The position numbers were made by a program, and so were the translations under genes. The notes under the pieces were generated by a model. It was not told the origin of the DNA and ran no database searches. It saw only the letters and a program-made list of their open reading frames with translations. A stretch of DNA of 64,000 nucleotides from Balanoglossus misakiensis. Lineage: Eukaryota; Animalia; Hemichordata. Positions 52,301 to 64,000 of this stretch are shown in pieces; the first letter of the stretch is position 1; the number at the start of each line of letters is the position of its first letter. The DNA is taken from NCBI GenBank assembly GCA_040954595.2, contig CM082598.2:620001-684000 (forward strand), read 5' to 3'.

Positions 52301-54334
52301 GATTGCTGTTATTTACACAAGACTGACATTAGTGGCAGAGAGACTAGCATAAAAGCAAATAATCTGTCCATCATGGAGTGCAGTCAAAACACCACAGACG
52401 ATATGACAGCTAAATCACAGATTCACCAGGAATATGATTATGATTAATTCATCAGTTATGAGAATATGACAAGAAATTAGTCGAAATGAACTAGCTTTAA
52501 CTCTACTTAATTGCCAAAAATGAACATAGTGTGTGAACAGAAAGAAAAGGTTTCCATGGTTTCTGGCTGCATGTCTGTCTCTCCATATGGGTGTCTGTGT
52601 GTGTCGGTTGGTTGGCTTGTTGTTTGAATCTCCTTGGAATTCCAAAGCTACCATTTCTTAAAAACATCTCTTTTCTCACATCATTCCACGCGGTGTCTTG
52701 ACAGAAGCAGTATATCCATAGCAACCTTGTCACACGACGCAACTGTTAAGCGATGAGTGAAAACATCTGTGGTCAGTTGGTCATGTGTTGATATGGTATC
52801 AATGTTTTCGTTTCTCCCACCATCGATTGTCTTTGCAGACGGAGAGGGTGAAGGAATTTTATTTTGAAGTCTTCTTTGTTTTTTCCCCTCTGGCGGGCAT
52901 GCGCATACTGAACAAATCCCTTGTGACTGGTTGTCTGTGCAAGATGGCGATATTGAAAATGTCTGTAGCTCCATCTGAGTTTAGTACATCCATTTTTGAC
53001 GAATGACATCGGGAGGCTTATATGACCTCTTAAAGAATTTGCTGTTGGGCATTTCAGTTGTGTCGTGCGTATGATGATGCACCAGTGTTTTGGGGTGACG
53101 TCACTGGCAGTCCGGCTATGACGTTGCAGAATTTTCCAAATCTTGTGATTATTCTACTCACAGTTATTTATTGTTATATCAAATATAATTATGCCATAAA
53201 ATGGTGAAAGAAATTTCACACAACGGAGAAAGCTGCCGCCCTCAACGTCTCACATGAGTCGAGTTCACCGACCAAAATGTCAGCAATCCAACGAAGATGC
53301 TGAACTGGTTTGGGGTTGGATCGAGTGGTTTGGCTCTAGTATAGGTTATTTCAGTCTTGCATCTTGCTTTTGTTTATTCAGCTGGCGTCTTGTGATGCAC
53401 AACTGGCAGGAAGAAGTTTGCGAGGCTCTTGATGACGTCTGTATTTCGTCACTGACATCTCAGACAAGTGTGCAGCACATGGTATTTTCCAATAACAACT
53501 TCTGTCCATAGTATCTCCCCTGTTTCCTTAGTACCCATTGTCTCAGAAATCTGTCGTAGTGTTACAATCGATGATACGACGCCTTTTAAATCGGTAGCAT
53601 TCTGATAAGTACTGGAATACACGATTCAACGAGGAGAATCCTAAATTTGCAAAAGTTGGAAATGTGAAAGTAGTGGCCATGGAAAACACATGGTGTGTGT
53701 GTGTGTGCCCTGGCAACTTGATGAATCGGAATAAACTTTGTTCTACAAAGAACTTTTAGCTTCCGTTGATCTGACAACGAGTAAGAGGAGAAATTAATGG
53801 CAGACTTATCGGATGTCAGATCGGATATATTTGAAAGGAGCTTGAATAAAGTCAGGAAGTGTAGATATCAATCGTAACCCCATCGGAATGCCGCGTAAGT
53901 TATCCCATTTAGAACATAAATATTTCCAACATTTGACACTTCACAATGTGAATGATGTTTACAGAATAAAAAATCGAAATCCATTTCTATTGAACCACAC
54001 AAGGCAATACGTTTTTAGGTATGTGGATACATTATGTTCCAAACTAAAACTTGTGGGTAGGGTATCTTTAATTTTCCTTTCAGAGGGAAGAGTTTCTCCA
54101 AAATTGGCCGGCGGCAGTTTTTATCTGGGGGTGTCTAATCTCTCTTAGAATGTGAGAATGGACGGCCAATTTCGCTTCTCGGCGAGAAAAGTGTCGCTGA
54201 AAACTTTGTGGTAAGGCCGGAGACGCCACAAATGGGATGTGTATTGCACATGCTCAGAATTGATGAAATCCAAACCACTTCGGTCAGATAGATTATTCGA
54301 AGTAATTGCCCATGGCTGTAACATTTGCCGGAGG

Positions 54335-54350
54335 GGGTCAATCGGGGTCA
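54335..54350 (+). promoter_or_regulatory. Perfect DR4 nuclear receptor element (LXR/TR type)
   Basis: GGGTCA-ATCG-GGGTCA. Confidence 0.45.
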
Positions 54351-55216
54351 GGTAATTGATCAGAAGTCGTTAATTTCATCTGCAAGGTTATGTGTCGGCT
54401 ACACATACGGGGTAGTTGAGGTAAAGTCTTGTAAAGTTGGGATTGTCTGCCGAACTCTGACAGATTCTTGGGAAACGGGGTTCATTTCAATTGAGAGTCT
54501 CTCCGTACTCTTTAGTCAAATTGAGCGCAGAGGAAACACGCGATAGAACAAAATCTTTCCGACATCCTGGGAGTGTGGCACGCGACTGGTTAAACGTCCA
54601 CTGATCAAACAGTCTTGGTTTACATCAAGTGCAGCGTCACTGGGAGAAAGTTCTCCAAGCAACTGACGCCGGCCTGGCAGACTTCTCTGCTTTACTGAAA
54701 AACAACACAGCACCTCGCCACACTCAACCGCACGCTCTGATGTGTTCGTGTCCAACTGTTGTTTGTGTGGTTAATTTTGTCAGATCCGGTAAAAGAATAC
54801 GAGTTGAGATGAGTGAAATATTGCAGCATTGCTTTGATAAATTGATTAATGGATTGCAAAGGAGTTGGACGGCTGAAATCACAGGTTTCGAATTTCCAGT
54901 TAGCCATCAATTACACCGCTTAAAGAGAAATGTACAAACTGACCTTTAGAAGGATCAACCATCCAGATGATGAAAGATACTACGGTTTTTATCGTGTGGA
55001 AATTGGACGCTCGTCTAATTACTAAATCAATCAACCAATTAATAGATTGAAAATAAATAGGTTAAGATCTCCATCGGGTATGTCAAGTTTGATCCCAGTG
55101 GTAATAGGTATAATTTCACCTTTCGTAATCGATTTTCAAGTCGTAGCCATAAACTGAGAGCAGTCAGCAATGAAAATCTTACAACAAAAAGTCTGACACC
55201 ATAATTTGGTCAATAT

Positions 55217-55327
55217 TGGCCAGTCAAGGGACTTTCCTAAACTGGCCTTTATAGACAGGTGGCCTCTATAGACAGGTCAATAAAAATGGCCACTATATAG
55301 AGGTGGCCACTAACACATGTTTGACTG
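55217..55327 (+). mobile_element. pogo-like MITE, right portion
   Basis: tatagacaggtggcc-type subrepeats, ends TTTGACTG-TA; shares segments with the 14189 and 27780 copies. Confidence 0.65.
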
Positions 55328-56481
55328 TATTTTTGAACTGATCATGGATATCATAGCATCCCTTCCTTCTCCAACTCAAGCAACGTCCCCTCACAAGACG
55401 AAGGTGACTGTCTTGAAGGAGCAAATGCGAATCTTATAGATGCCGTACGTTAGATTGTACGTACTTTTGAAGGTCCTGTGATGCAAAGAAGAACAGAAAG
55501 GTCGTGTGAAAGTTAGTCATTGCATCACAGCCTTGGGATGTCAGACGCAAGTACATGTCTGCTATGAGAGACTTGCTGATAACACGTACTAAGATAATCC
55601 AGCGATGTTTTCAGTTCATTGTCGATCACACAGCGTTTTCATGAGGATAAAGTTTTACGGACAGCAACCAGCTGTTCCGTTATCGTGAGGAAACTCCAAC
55701 GGGGCTACCTGTCAAAACACAGCCATAGCTGGATCCAGGAAGTGCGATATTAAGCAAATCGTCTGTGTTATTGACTTTACAAATTAACATCAACAGCTCA
55801 GCGTGAGGTGTGGACGACTTGTCCTTTTGCCTCTGCCGATGATCACTTTCGGCATCTTTAAAACTCCAAGTTGAACGCCTGGTAGCTGACTTCACTCAAC
55901 CCTGATCCTTGACACAAACAATCATGCACAAAATCCCAGTAAGGTTAAAGGTCCATGCAGTGACCTTATAGGATGCCTGGCGCGTGTGTTAGACACGCTG
56001 CCGCCTCGGGGGTGGTCCCTGCTTCTTCTAATGTCTGGTCCACTTTCTTTTAATTTTATTTTGTCTACCGCTGACCCGAGGGACATCTCCCAGTGGTCGT
56101 TTTCTTAAACAGTCCGTTTAAGGAGTCCGATGAGGTGAAAAAGCGACGATGTACTTTGTGATCATATTGTGGCTATTTGGTATCTGCGAGGTCCCTGGAT
56201 CTGAGATGGTCGACCAGGGGCGTCGAATTGGCCAAGAGTCACTTTCTTGGAAAGTTAAAGGGGAGGGTTGGTCTGAATTGCACGTGTTACTGTTCTGTTT
56301 ATAAACACACCATCATCTGATGTAAGGATAAATCAGTCTATGTGATATTCCGAGCAAATTATTTGATTTGCCGCAATAGTGAAGTTGACTATGTGATTTG
56401 ACATGCGAAATCGCTGTTGGCGGTGAGATCAAAGAATTTGTGAAGAGAACTTCCTGTCTTCTGCTGAGTGTTTGTCGTCTG

Positions 56482-56663
56482 ATATATAAAAGGTAATTTT
56501 GCAAAATGTGGGTTGCCCTGACTATAGGTTGTCGGCATGATTGAGCGATCTTAATGTTGATGGGGTCTGAACCCAAGGAGAAGTACCCTGGAGGAAACAA
56601 CCCCTCCCTGTCTCGCATGACGTCATAACATGGCGGCTAGTCAGAAAGGAAGCAAATCCAATC
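56482..56663. promoter_or_regulatory. Candidate promoter: TATA + CRE + YY1 + CCAAT cluster
   Basis: ATATATAAAAGG at 56482, TGACGTCA at 56618-56625, ACATGGCGGC at 56628, CCAATC at 56658. Confidence 0.4.
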
Positions 56664-59107
56664 AAATACATTTGACACTCTGTGATCCGAAACCAAACAA
56701 ACAAACACACGGTACCAACAAACAAAGCAAGGAGGGCGACAATCTTGAGAAGTTTCAAAAAGAACAGAGGGGCCGCGTTCCGATACACGGACGACCCTAA
56801 AGCAGCGATTTCACGATTTGTTACAACCACTTTCACCAAGTTGCAGGCCCACTTAACAACAAGCGATTCCAACCTAAACGTTAGCAACGTGTTGATTTCA
56901 GACTAGATTTTGTACTTGCGAATTCTTGACAAGTTGATTTTCACGATTACTTAGCTGGGTCCGACGAATCCAAAAATAATAGTGCGGACGGATGTTAGAC
57001 TACAGACAGAACCAGGAACCACGTCACTTAATTTCAGAAACTTACTGGGTTTCAATTAACATTCAAAAACAACTTTTGCCGGGAAAATACCACATGTCAT
57101 GTGTCACCAGGTAAAAATAACCCATGACGTGTAATATCCAGTCACATTTATCAAAGATACGCCTACAAACTTCTCAGTCCCAGTTTCCGGTCAAAAACTG
57201 AAGAAAACGTCCCACGTATGCGTCATTTTGTTTGCTTCGGATTAAGCACTATTGAAATCATTGCCACAAGTTTCTGTTCTCGTGGAAATCTCGTCGAAAT
57301 TACATCAATAAAGTACTTGACACCTGTTTCGCCACCAACTATTTCCGCCTGACACGTTTACAATGTGGACTTTTCCGACACAGTTCATGAAGTTTAACTG
57401 TGTTGCCCTCTTTTGGTACCTGTATTTCCTGAATAAAGTGTAGAAATGATTCTCTAGGTTGATATCGCTGATGGATATCACGTTTTAATTTTAGGGCTGA
57501 CTGACCTCGTCCTTCAAGGTGCAGACGGTGCCGTTTATAGTGGTAATTGATGACGAGAAATATCCGCTGAAAAAAATCGACATGAATGTATTGATTGTTG
57601 AGAGTCGTTTATGAGGAAGTTTGCTCTGAAAGAGTCTATCTTATTAGCGTTAGCGAAAAAACCCCACTCGGATTGAAGGTTAAATCAATTTGATGTTATC
57701 GTGGATATACTTCCGTGTCTTGTCGTGTCAGTTTGTACATTTTTGGACAAGGGTTTGCGGATAGCCATATTGACTTATCACACGGGTTATTTTTAGTGAC
57801 GTCATTCTTGGAATGTGTACACTATTTTTCTGACACAAAACCACTTAAAATAGTGCGGTTTTCCGTTGACCGCAATGCTTATGAATTCGAAAGGGCTGGA
57901 ATTCTCTCCGGGACCCTGGGCTCTGCAAGAATCTTGGCTATATTATTCACTACGAGCTCAAGAGTGATAATCACAGTCACTCCGCTCCTTGTTCTGTCTG
58001 ACTGTCTGTCTGGGGTGATTTAAAATGATAGAAATGGTGCGATAGATTTATCCTAAAAAGACAGCCAGCGTGTGTTTGCAAGGTCTTCAAATGTCCTTAA
58101 ATAAATTGACGCAAATTACATGAAATAACAACAAATCGAGGACACGTAGGCTGTTTGCTCCCCGTCTCTGTAATATTTGTAGAGTAAACACATATCAGAA
58201 ATCGTTGTAGGCTCGAGTTATGACGCGTGACATTACAAGGTCGCTTTAAATACATATTAATATATCATACATGTGGATTCCGGTTAATATTTTTTCTCCT
58301 AGAGGTGGGGGGGGGGGGGGGGGGTTGCAACGGGACTCCCAGTACAACGGGTTGAAATATTTCAATTCCAGTCAAAACAACCAATAAAATAAAGCCGTGA
58401 GAAAACAAAGAATGTTATTTTTACAGGTGTTATTGCAAAACGGTTGACCAAGAATGAAAATTGCTCGCGAAGGACTTCAGACGTTTTTGTTTTGGTGTTT
58501 TTCGTAATGACGTGGTTGCTAAAAGAATTGTTTAATTTCGAAATATTTACACTCGCAAACAATGAAGGGTTCCCACGAAACCAGACAAGCAATCGCCGTG
58601 ACTGACACAGGCACGTGGTTTGTTATTACCTTGAAATTGACAAGCGAAACGAACATGCATGCTTCAAAGATAATGAAAGCGACGAGAAACCGACGATAGA
58701 CGCGTTCTCGCCGTTCCCAGACCACGTGCACCAGCGAATGTTTTTAAAATTCATAGTTCTGGATTATGAACACATTTGTGTAGAATGTAATGGTTATGAT
58801 TTAAAGATAACAATATTTGAGCGAGTTCCCAGAACTATAAGTAGGGCTAGTACGCTTCCTCTTCTTAGAACAACAAGCTGAAGCGAGTGTTGGTTAATAC
58901 AGAAAAGGTCGGTTTACTTGCCACCAAACATGGCTGTCGACATTGCTATTTTTAAAGCTGTATAAAGTTGGCTGCCATATTTTTGGTGGAGACGTACCCT
59001 TTATACAGATAAATCAGCGACAATATATTTCTTGTACATGTGTCACAACAAGAAGACAAACACCTCTTGTTGAGTACAACAACACGAGATGGTCTTAATT
59101 TTAAACT

Positions 59108-59231
59108 AAGGGACTTGTCAGTTCTTCAGTGGGGGGGGGGGGGTGGATTATAGGGGGGGGGTCACCCACTTTTTGATATCCACAAAATAGAATCCCCCCC
59201 CCCAAGGCTGACGAAACTGACCAGTCCCTAA
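59108..59231. mobile_element. MITE with TIRs and G/C tracts
   Basis: AGGGACTTGTCAGTTCTTCAG-(G)n at the left and (C)n-AAGGCTGACGAAACTGACCAGTCCCT at the right form an imperfect inverted repeat; TAA-like flanks. Confidence 0.7.
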
Positions 59232-62200
59232 GATAACACAACAACAGCGAAAGACGTCAGTACTTTAGTTAAAACATCGTTCACGTGCCATAGCTTCACA
59301 TTTCAGCGCTTGCATTGACCGAGGTGACCATTCGAATGGCAGAATGGGGCACGGCGTTTTTAATTTCCCCCACGTGCTAGTCAAAAACATAATGCAATTT
59401 AGCTTAGGCGTACGCATGGCGCTGGAAACACAGACTGAATGAGTTGGAATTGAACACGCTCCTGAGATATGTGTATTCGGATTGACCTCTGACCCCGAGA
59501 CAACCACACACCACTTTCCCAAGCTATTTCCATCTTTAAACCATGAATGAAATAGAAATAGTATCTCCAAATCATAGGCTGTCCCCAGGCCTAAAAAGCC
59601 ACTCAATGCCGACCAAGAAAAATAAATAAAATCTACTAAGTAATGGATTGCTTGTAATGGTCTGACAAGGGCGGTCGCTATAGGTTACCACTTTGTTTCT
59701 GCAAGTCAATGTGGACTACATAAATATAATGAACTTTGAGATTTGATTCTGCTCAATGAAAACCAGTTTCCTGTTTACAAAACATCCCTGTCTGTGCCTG
59801 CAGCGTGCCTTCGTGTGTATAACCCCAGTCAGTGGCCCTGCACCGCATCAATTTGAAGTACAGCCGACAGGACCTATAGGAGGTGCTTTACGAACCTCAA
59901 TGATCATAACACAACTTGAAAAGTGCGCAGACTCTGCGAGTGACGAAACAACTCATGAGGGACGGTGTTTGGGGGAAGCCAAGCAACTGTGTGATTATTC
60001 CAAAAAAAAACACAAACATACAAATAGACCTTAATGAAACACTGAGTTTTAAACGAAATACTCAGTGTCAAAATAAACATTTTTAGCATCACATTTAGAA
60101 CTCTCTGCTCACAGAATTTGGAATGCATGACGTCCTCCAAAGATAGTCAGTCTGTGTTGAATTTTCTGACATCTGACGTCACCCTAACCGAATTGCCATC
60201 ATTGATTAGCGTCTCGTAGTCTGCATGGGTTTAGTGAAAGCCACAATGATAACCGGGGCAGCATCAGCAACAATTCTTGGCTGTGTTTAATCCATCAGAT
60301 AATTACATCTTTAAAAATAAAGACGCCGTAAAGCGTTTTAAAGTAAACGGGGTCTGCTTTGTTCTCCTCTGTAAAGGCCCTTGCTGATGGGAAACACAGA
60401 GTGAAACTCGATAAAGAGCGGCTATATATTCTAAGCAAAGAAAGTGTTGGACCATGACCAGTGCCACCCATATAAAGCATTGAGTTTTTACTCGACTTGA
60501 ACGGTGCGGGAAAGTTCCAAAGCCGCAAAACCGCACATCAAAAAGGAATTATCATACAGAACACAGTTCTGACGCCTGTGAGATCTCCTTGTCGTCATAA
60601 AGGTCAGGTCGGTCAAACTTCATGATCAAAAACAGTGCCGACACTTCAAGTAAGAGGCCGACCGACCAAGCCATCAGCAAGGCCAAAGAAATTAAATTCT
60701 TAAGTTTGTTTTTTGTATTCCGGGAACGTTGGTGTTTGGAGTATTGCATTGTGAAACGTAAAAGATTCCAAAGAATCATCGTCAGGAATATAATCACAGA
60801 GCTCTGTCATTTGAGTAAAGGGGAGAAGTCTTGATAGATTATGCTTATTTTAGACATTGGTATACCTGATATGGTTGCAAAGCTGTGCAAGTGCTTGTTA
60901 GCGAAATGCATTTTAAGTTTGGTTGTAGACGAATATTGGTCCAGGAGTTCCTTTCGTTTTCCGAGTTCTTTGCTGTTGAAATTTCTCAGACAAAGATATT
61001 CGTCTTGGTGTTTGATCTTAGCCGAGATCCGACTCTACAAAACCCATTTCCGAAACCCATTTCACATTGTAGCACAATTTCTTCCATTGAAGGGGGACCA
61101 TGATTGTACAAATTGAGGCGGAAGTTGTCTATGTAATGATCAACATACCTAGAGGCTTTTTTTCCAGTTAGCGATCATTGCCATAGAAACGTATTGTGAA
61201 GCACGTGCGGTTGTGTCTCTTTCATTTCCATATGTATCTCTACTTGCTTGAATGATGTAATGACATAAAAAGCCTGAAAAACAACCGAAGGGTAGATCTC
61301 TACACTTAGCATGCAAACAAGGATGATAATAGAATGTTATTTTGTCAAGTAGAGTGATATAGAACCAAGAGTGTGCAATGACACTAGAGTGTTATAGGCG
61401 AGTAGTGTTTGGTATGTGCAAAAGGCCCCTGATGTTGTTAATGTATGGAAGGTTTGGGAACGATCAAACGGTAAAAGGAAAATGAACCGATACTGGAGAT
61501 GAACTGATAACACCATGACACGGGGTGTGTTGTTTCGTCCGGGAATATGTGCACTATGCCTCATTTCACTTAGATTACAAAACAACCTTGGTCGGTCGTT
61601 CTGGTTTACAATTCGCTGATTGCTTCATTGGTGATCACGAAAACACCAGTCTCAGATGCGACAGAATTTGCCGCTGTTTCCACAATTAGAATCCGGCCTT
61701 TACTCCTTTCGGCCAATTGAAGCGTCTCCAGGGGACCAGTTGGCCAATAGAAGTTCTTTTGGCCAACCAGGATTGGCCGAACCTGTTTGCATACTTTTCG
61801 GCCAATTTTGTCCACAATGCCAGTGGATCGTTGCTGCTTGCATCTGGGACTTATTTTTGTTGCAACTTTTAAAATAAGATAGGCTTTTGGCGATGCCTAT
61901 CTGTATTTATGCAACTGTTCTGGGGCTGTTTTAACAGCTATGTCAGCAGCCACGAGTTCTAACGTCTGCCGATCACGCTCGATTTAACAGCTAAGAAATC
62001 CGCGGTGTTGGCCGCTGCTGGATTCCATGCATGCAGGAATCATAGGCGATCACAAACACCGTCGACTGAGAGCCTAGCCATCTGACATCTGACGGGTGAT
62101 AATGAATACAGCATCGAATTACTGGAAGAAAATTGGCTGGCTGCGCGAACCTGGGCCTCGAGCAAACGGCGGGTCGTTGTTTACTGACATATGACGGCCG

Positions 62201-63219
62201 GCGTACAGCCAAGTGTCACGAGCGGTCCACTCAACACCGGGCAAGTTGTCAACTGCGGAGAAATTTAATGATGGAAAAAAATACTCTGACTCAGATACGT
62301 TGTAACTGTATCGGCGACTTGTAAACAACAGTGACCGCTTGGCTGACCTCTCCCCTTAAAGCCCCGCATATGTTGAATGAATCCAAAGATTTTCTGTGAA
62401 GGGGCTGCATTCTTAGCTAGCGTAAAAATAAAGTCAGCTAATTTTAAAAACAGGTCCCCTGGAGTCGCCAAACAGAAACGCCGAAGCTGTAACAATACCA
62501 CTTCCATTGTACCTCCCTGACTTGTCTTAATTAAGTCAATTTAAAGCCAGTTGTTCAAATTGTACTTGCACCTCTACCTTAATTAAAGTAAGATGTTTTA
62601 TTGTTTGTCTTGTCTAGCCCAACAATTAGTGCAATGCAGTGCATTAACCCTCTGCAAATCACTGTCTTTAATCACAGAATTGCTTTGATGTCTGTCCAAC
62701 AGATTTGTGATTTTTGGTCAAAATTCCTCAGTACTGGTGTTCCTCGTAAATTGTGAGTCCCGTTCATGGATAACAGCACCCTTCAAATCTGTAGGTGCAA
62801 AATTCCGACGAGGCTATAAGTTTTACTTTTCTCTCTGTGTCTCCTTGCTCAATCCATTTCCAAGAGCACTGTAGGGTTTTGTCATATCTAGACAATACTC
62901 ATCATGTAATTTGAGAGAGGACTTTGACAAGCCTCGTGGCAGGCACGATAACATTTCTATGTTATTAATACTCGGCCTTGTAAGTAAAGTATAAATTTCC
63001 ATCTATGGCCAGAGATTTAAATAACACAGAGGATGACAACGATGGGTCCTCGATGAGTCACCATCGTAATCGGTGACACGTCATGGCTAGAACAATACTG
63101 TACACGTGTTCGTTTATTTCTTGCTGTGATGCATGTAATCAGAGATGTTTGTAGCCATATCAAGAGTTACCAATGTCTGAACACTATTGACGCTTCAGTC
63201 TTTCATCTTGCGTCACTAC

Positions 63220-63273
63220 CATCCTCCTCCTCCTCCTCATCATCATCATCATCATCATCACCATCATCCTCCT
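63220..63273. repeat. Short compound (CCT)n/(CAT)n microsatellite
   Basis: Directly visible. Confidence 0.85.
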
Positions 63274-64000
63274 CGTGCTATTTTGAATTAATTTGGAAAT
63301 AGTGACGTGAATAGCTCTTAACAAAACTGTCCATGCTAACTCCAGTATTTATTTGCATATAGTGGTACAGTTAATACTACAGTGAAAGCCTGTCCATTAC
63401 GCCATTTCAGTGTCATTACAATTGTGTGTATTCATCTCTGGTGAACGTTTCCAGTGTAACTTCAGTGTACCGTTTTAAGGTCATTGATTGTAGTCTGGCA
63501 AGAGGATTTAGAGTTTAGACCGGGTTTCATGAGTCCATTTTGTGCAGAACAATCACAGATTTGTCTGACACAGTTATTTAACAGCTGATTCAGACACAAT
63601 GTACTATTCAAATTGAAAGCCATTCATTTTTTGCTTGATTCCTATTGGGACCTGATAAGTAGAATAGAATCTGATCCTTCGCTCATTATCAATTCCTAAC
63701 GAATCTGATGAAAGGCAGTCAGACTTTAATTCTTCATCCATCCACAAACAGAACTCACACAACTCACGAGCAACATAAGACATTAAATCAATTTCACACA
63801 AGAATTTGCTTTTTATTTACAAGCTTAAAGAGATTATTAAATATAAAAGCACAAAATTGTGTCTTGTCAAAGATTACAAAGATTTCACTTGGAAATACTT
63901 CAAGAAAATCTTCAGAAATTTGACCAAATTGCAAGGGAAATAAATAGAAAACTGTATAAAAATATCACACTTTGTCCCTCCATACTGACCCTTCCCACCC

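Noticed and set aside
56128-56146. CCGATGAGGTGAAA as a hammerhead core
   Set aside because: CUGA is not intact and there is no stem II.
61088-61101. Partial match to the miR-133 reverse complement
   Set aside because: Contains an extra G, covers only part of the mature sequence, and has no hairpin.
43000-64000. Many 60-120-aa ORFs in the right-hand region
   Set aside because: No recognisable domains, no consistent exon chain, and lengths are as expected by chance.

Overview
AT-rich animal genomic DNA with GT-AG introns; an invertebrate deuterostome such as a hemichordate or echinoderm is my inference, not a measurement. The left two-thirds is gene-dense. In order: the 3' end of a papain-fold, peptidase C10-like ORF; a small secreted PAN-EGF-Sushi gene; a 16-exon CLCA gene that hosts an intronless same-strand KCTD/BTB gene in intron 2 and a 1-kb (CAT)n array bracketed by inverted repeats in intron 5; a CHST-type sulfotransferase; a BK-channel beta-like (KCNMB) gene; then, on the minus strand, MYLIP/IDOL and MRPS35. 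The right ~21 kb has no credible intact gene but keeps CpGs and carries five palindromic CREs, a perfect DR4, candidate promoters, MITEs and a possible decayed GPCR. A degenerate Penelope-type hammerhead ribozyme lies in CLCA intron 15. Exon structures were assembled by hand from splice signals and frame continuity; all spliced models close in frame.
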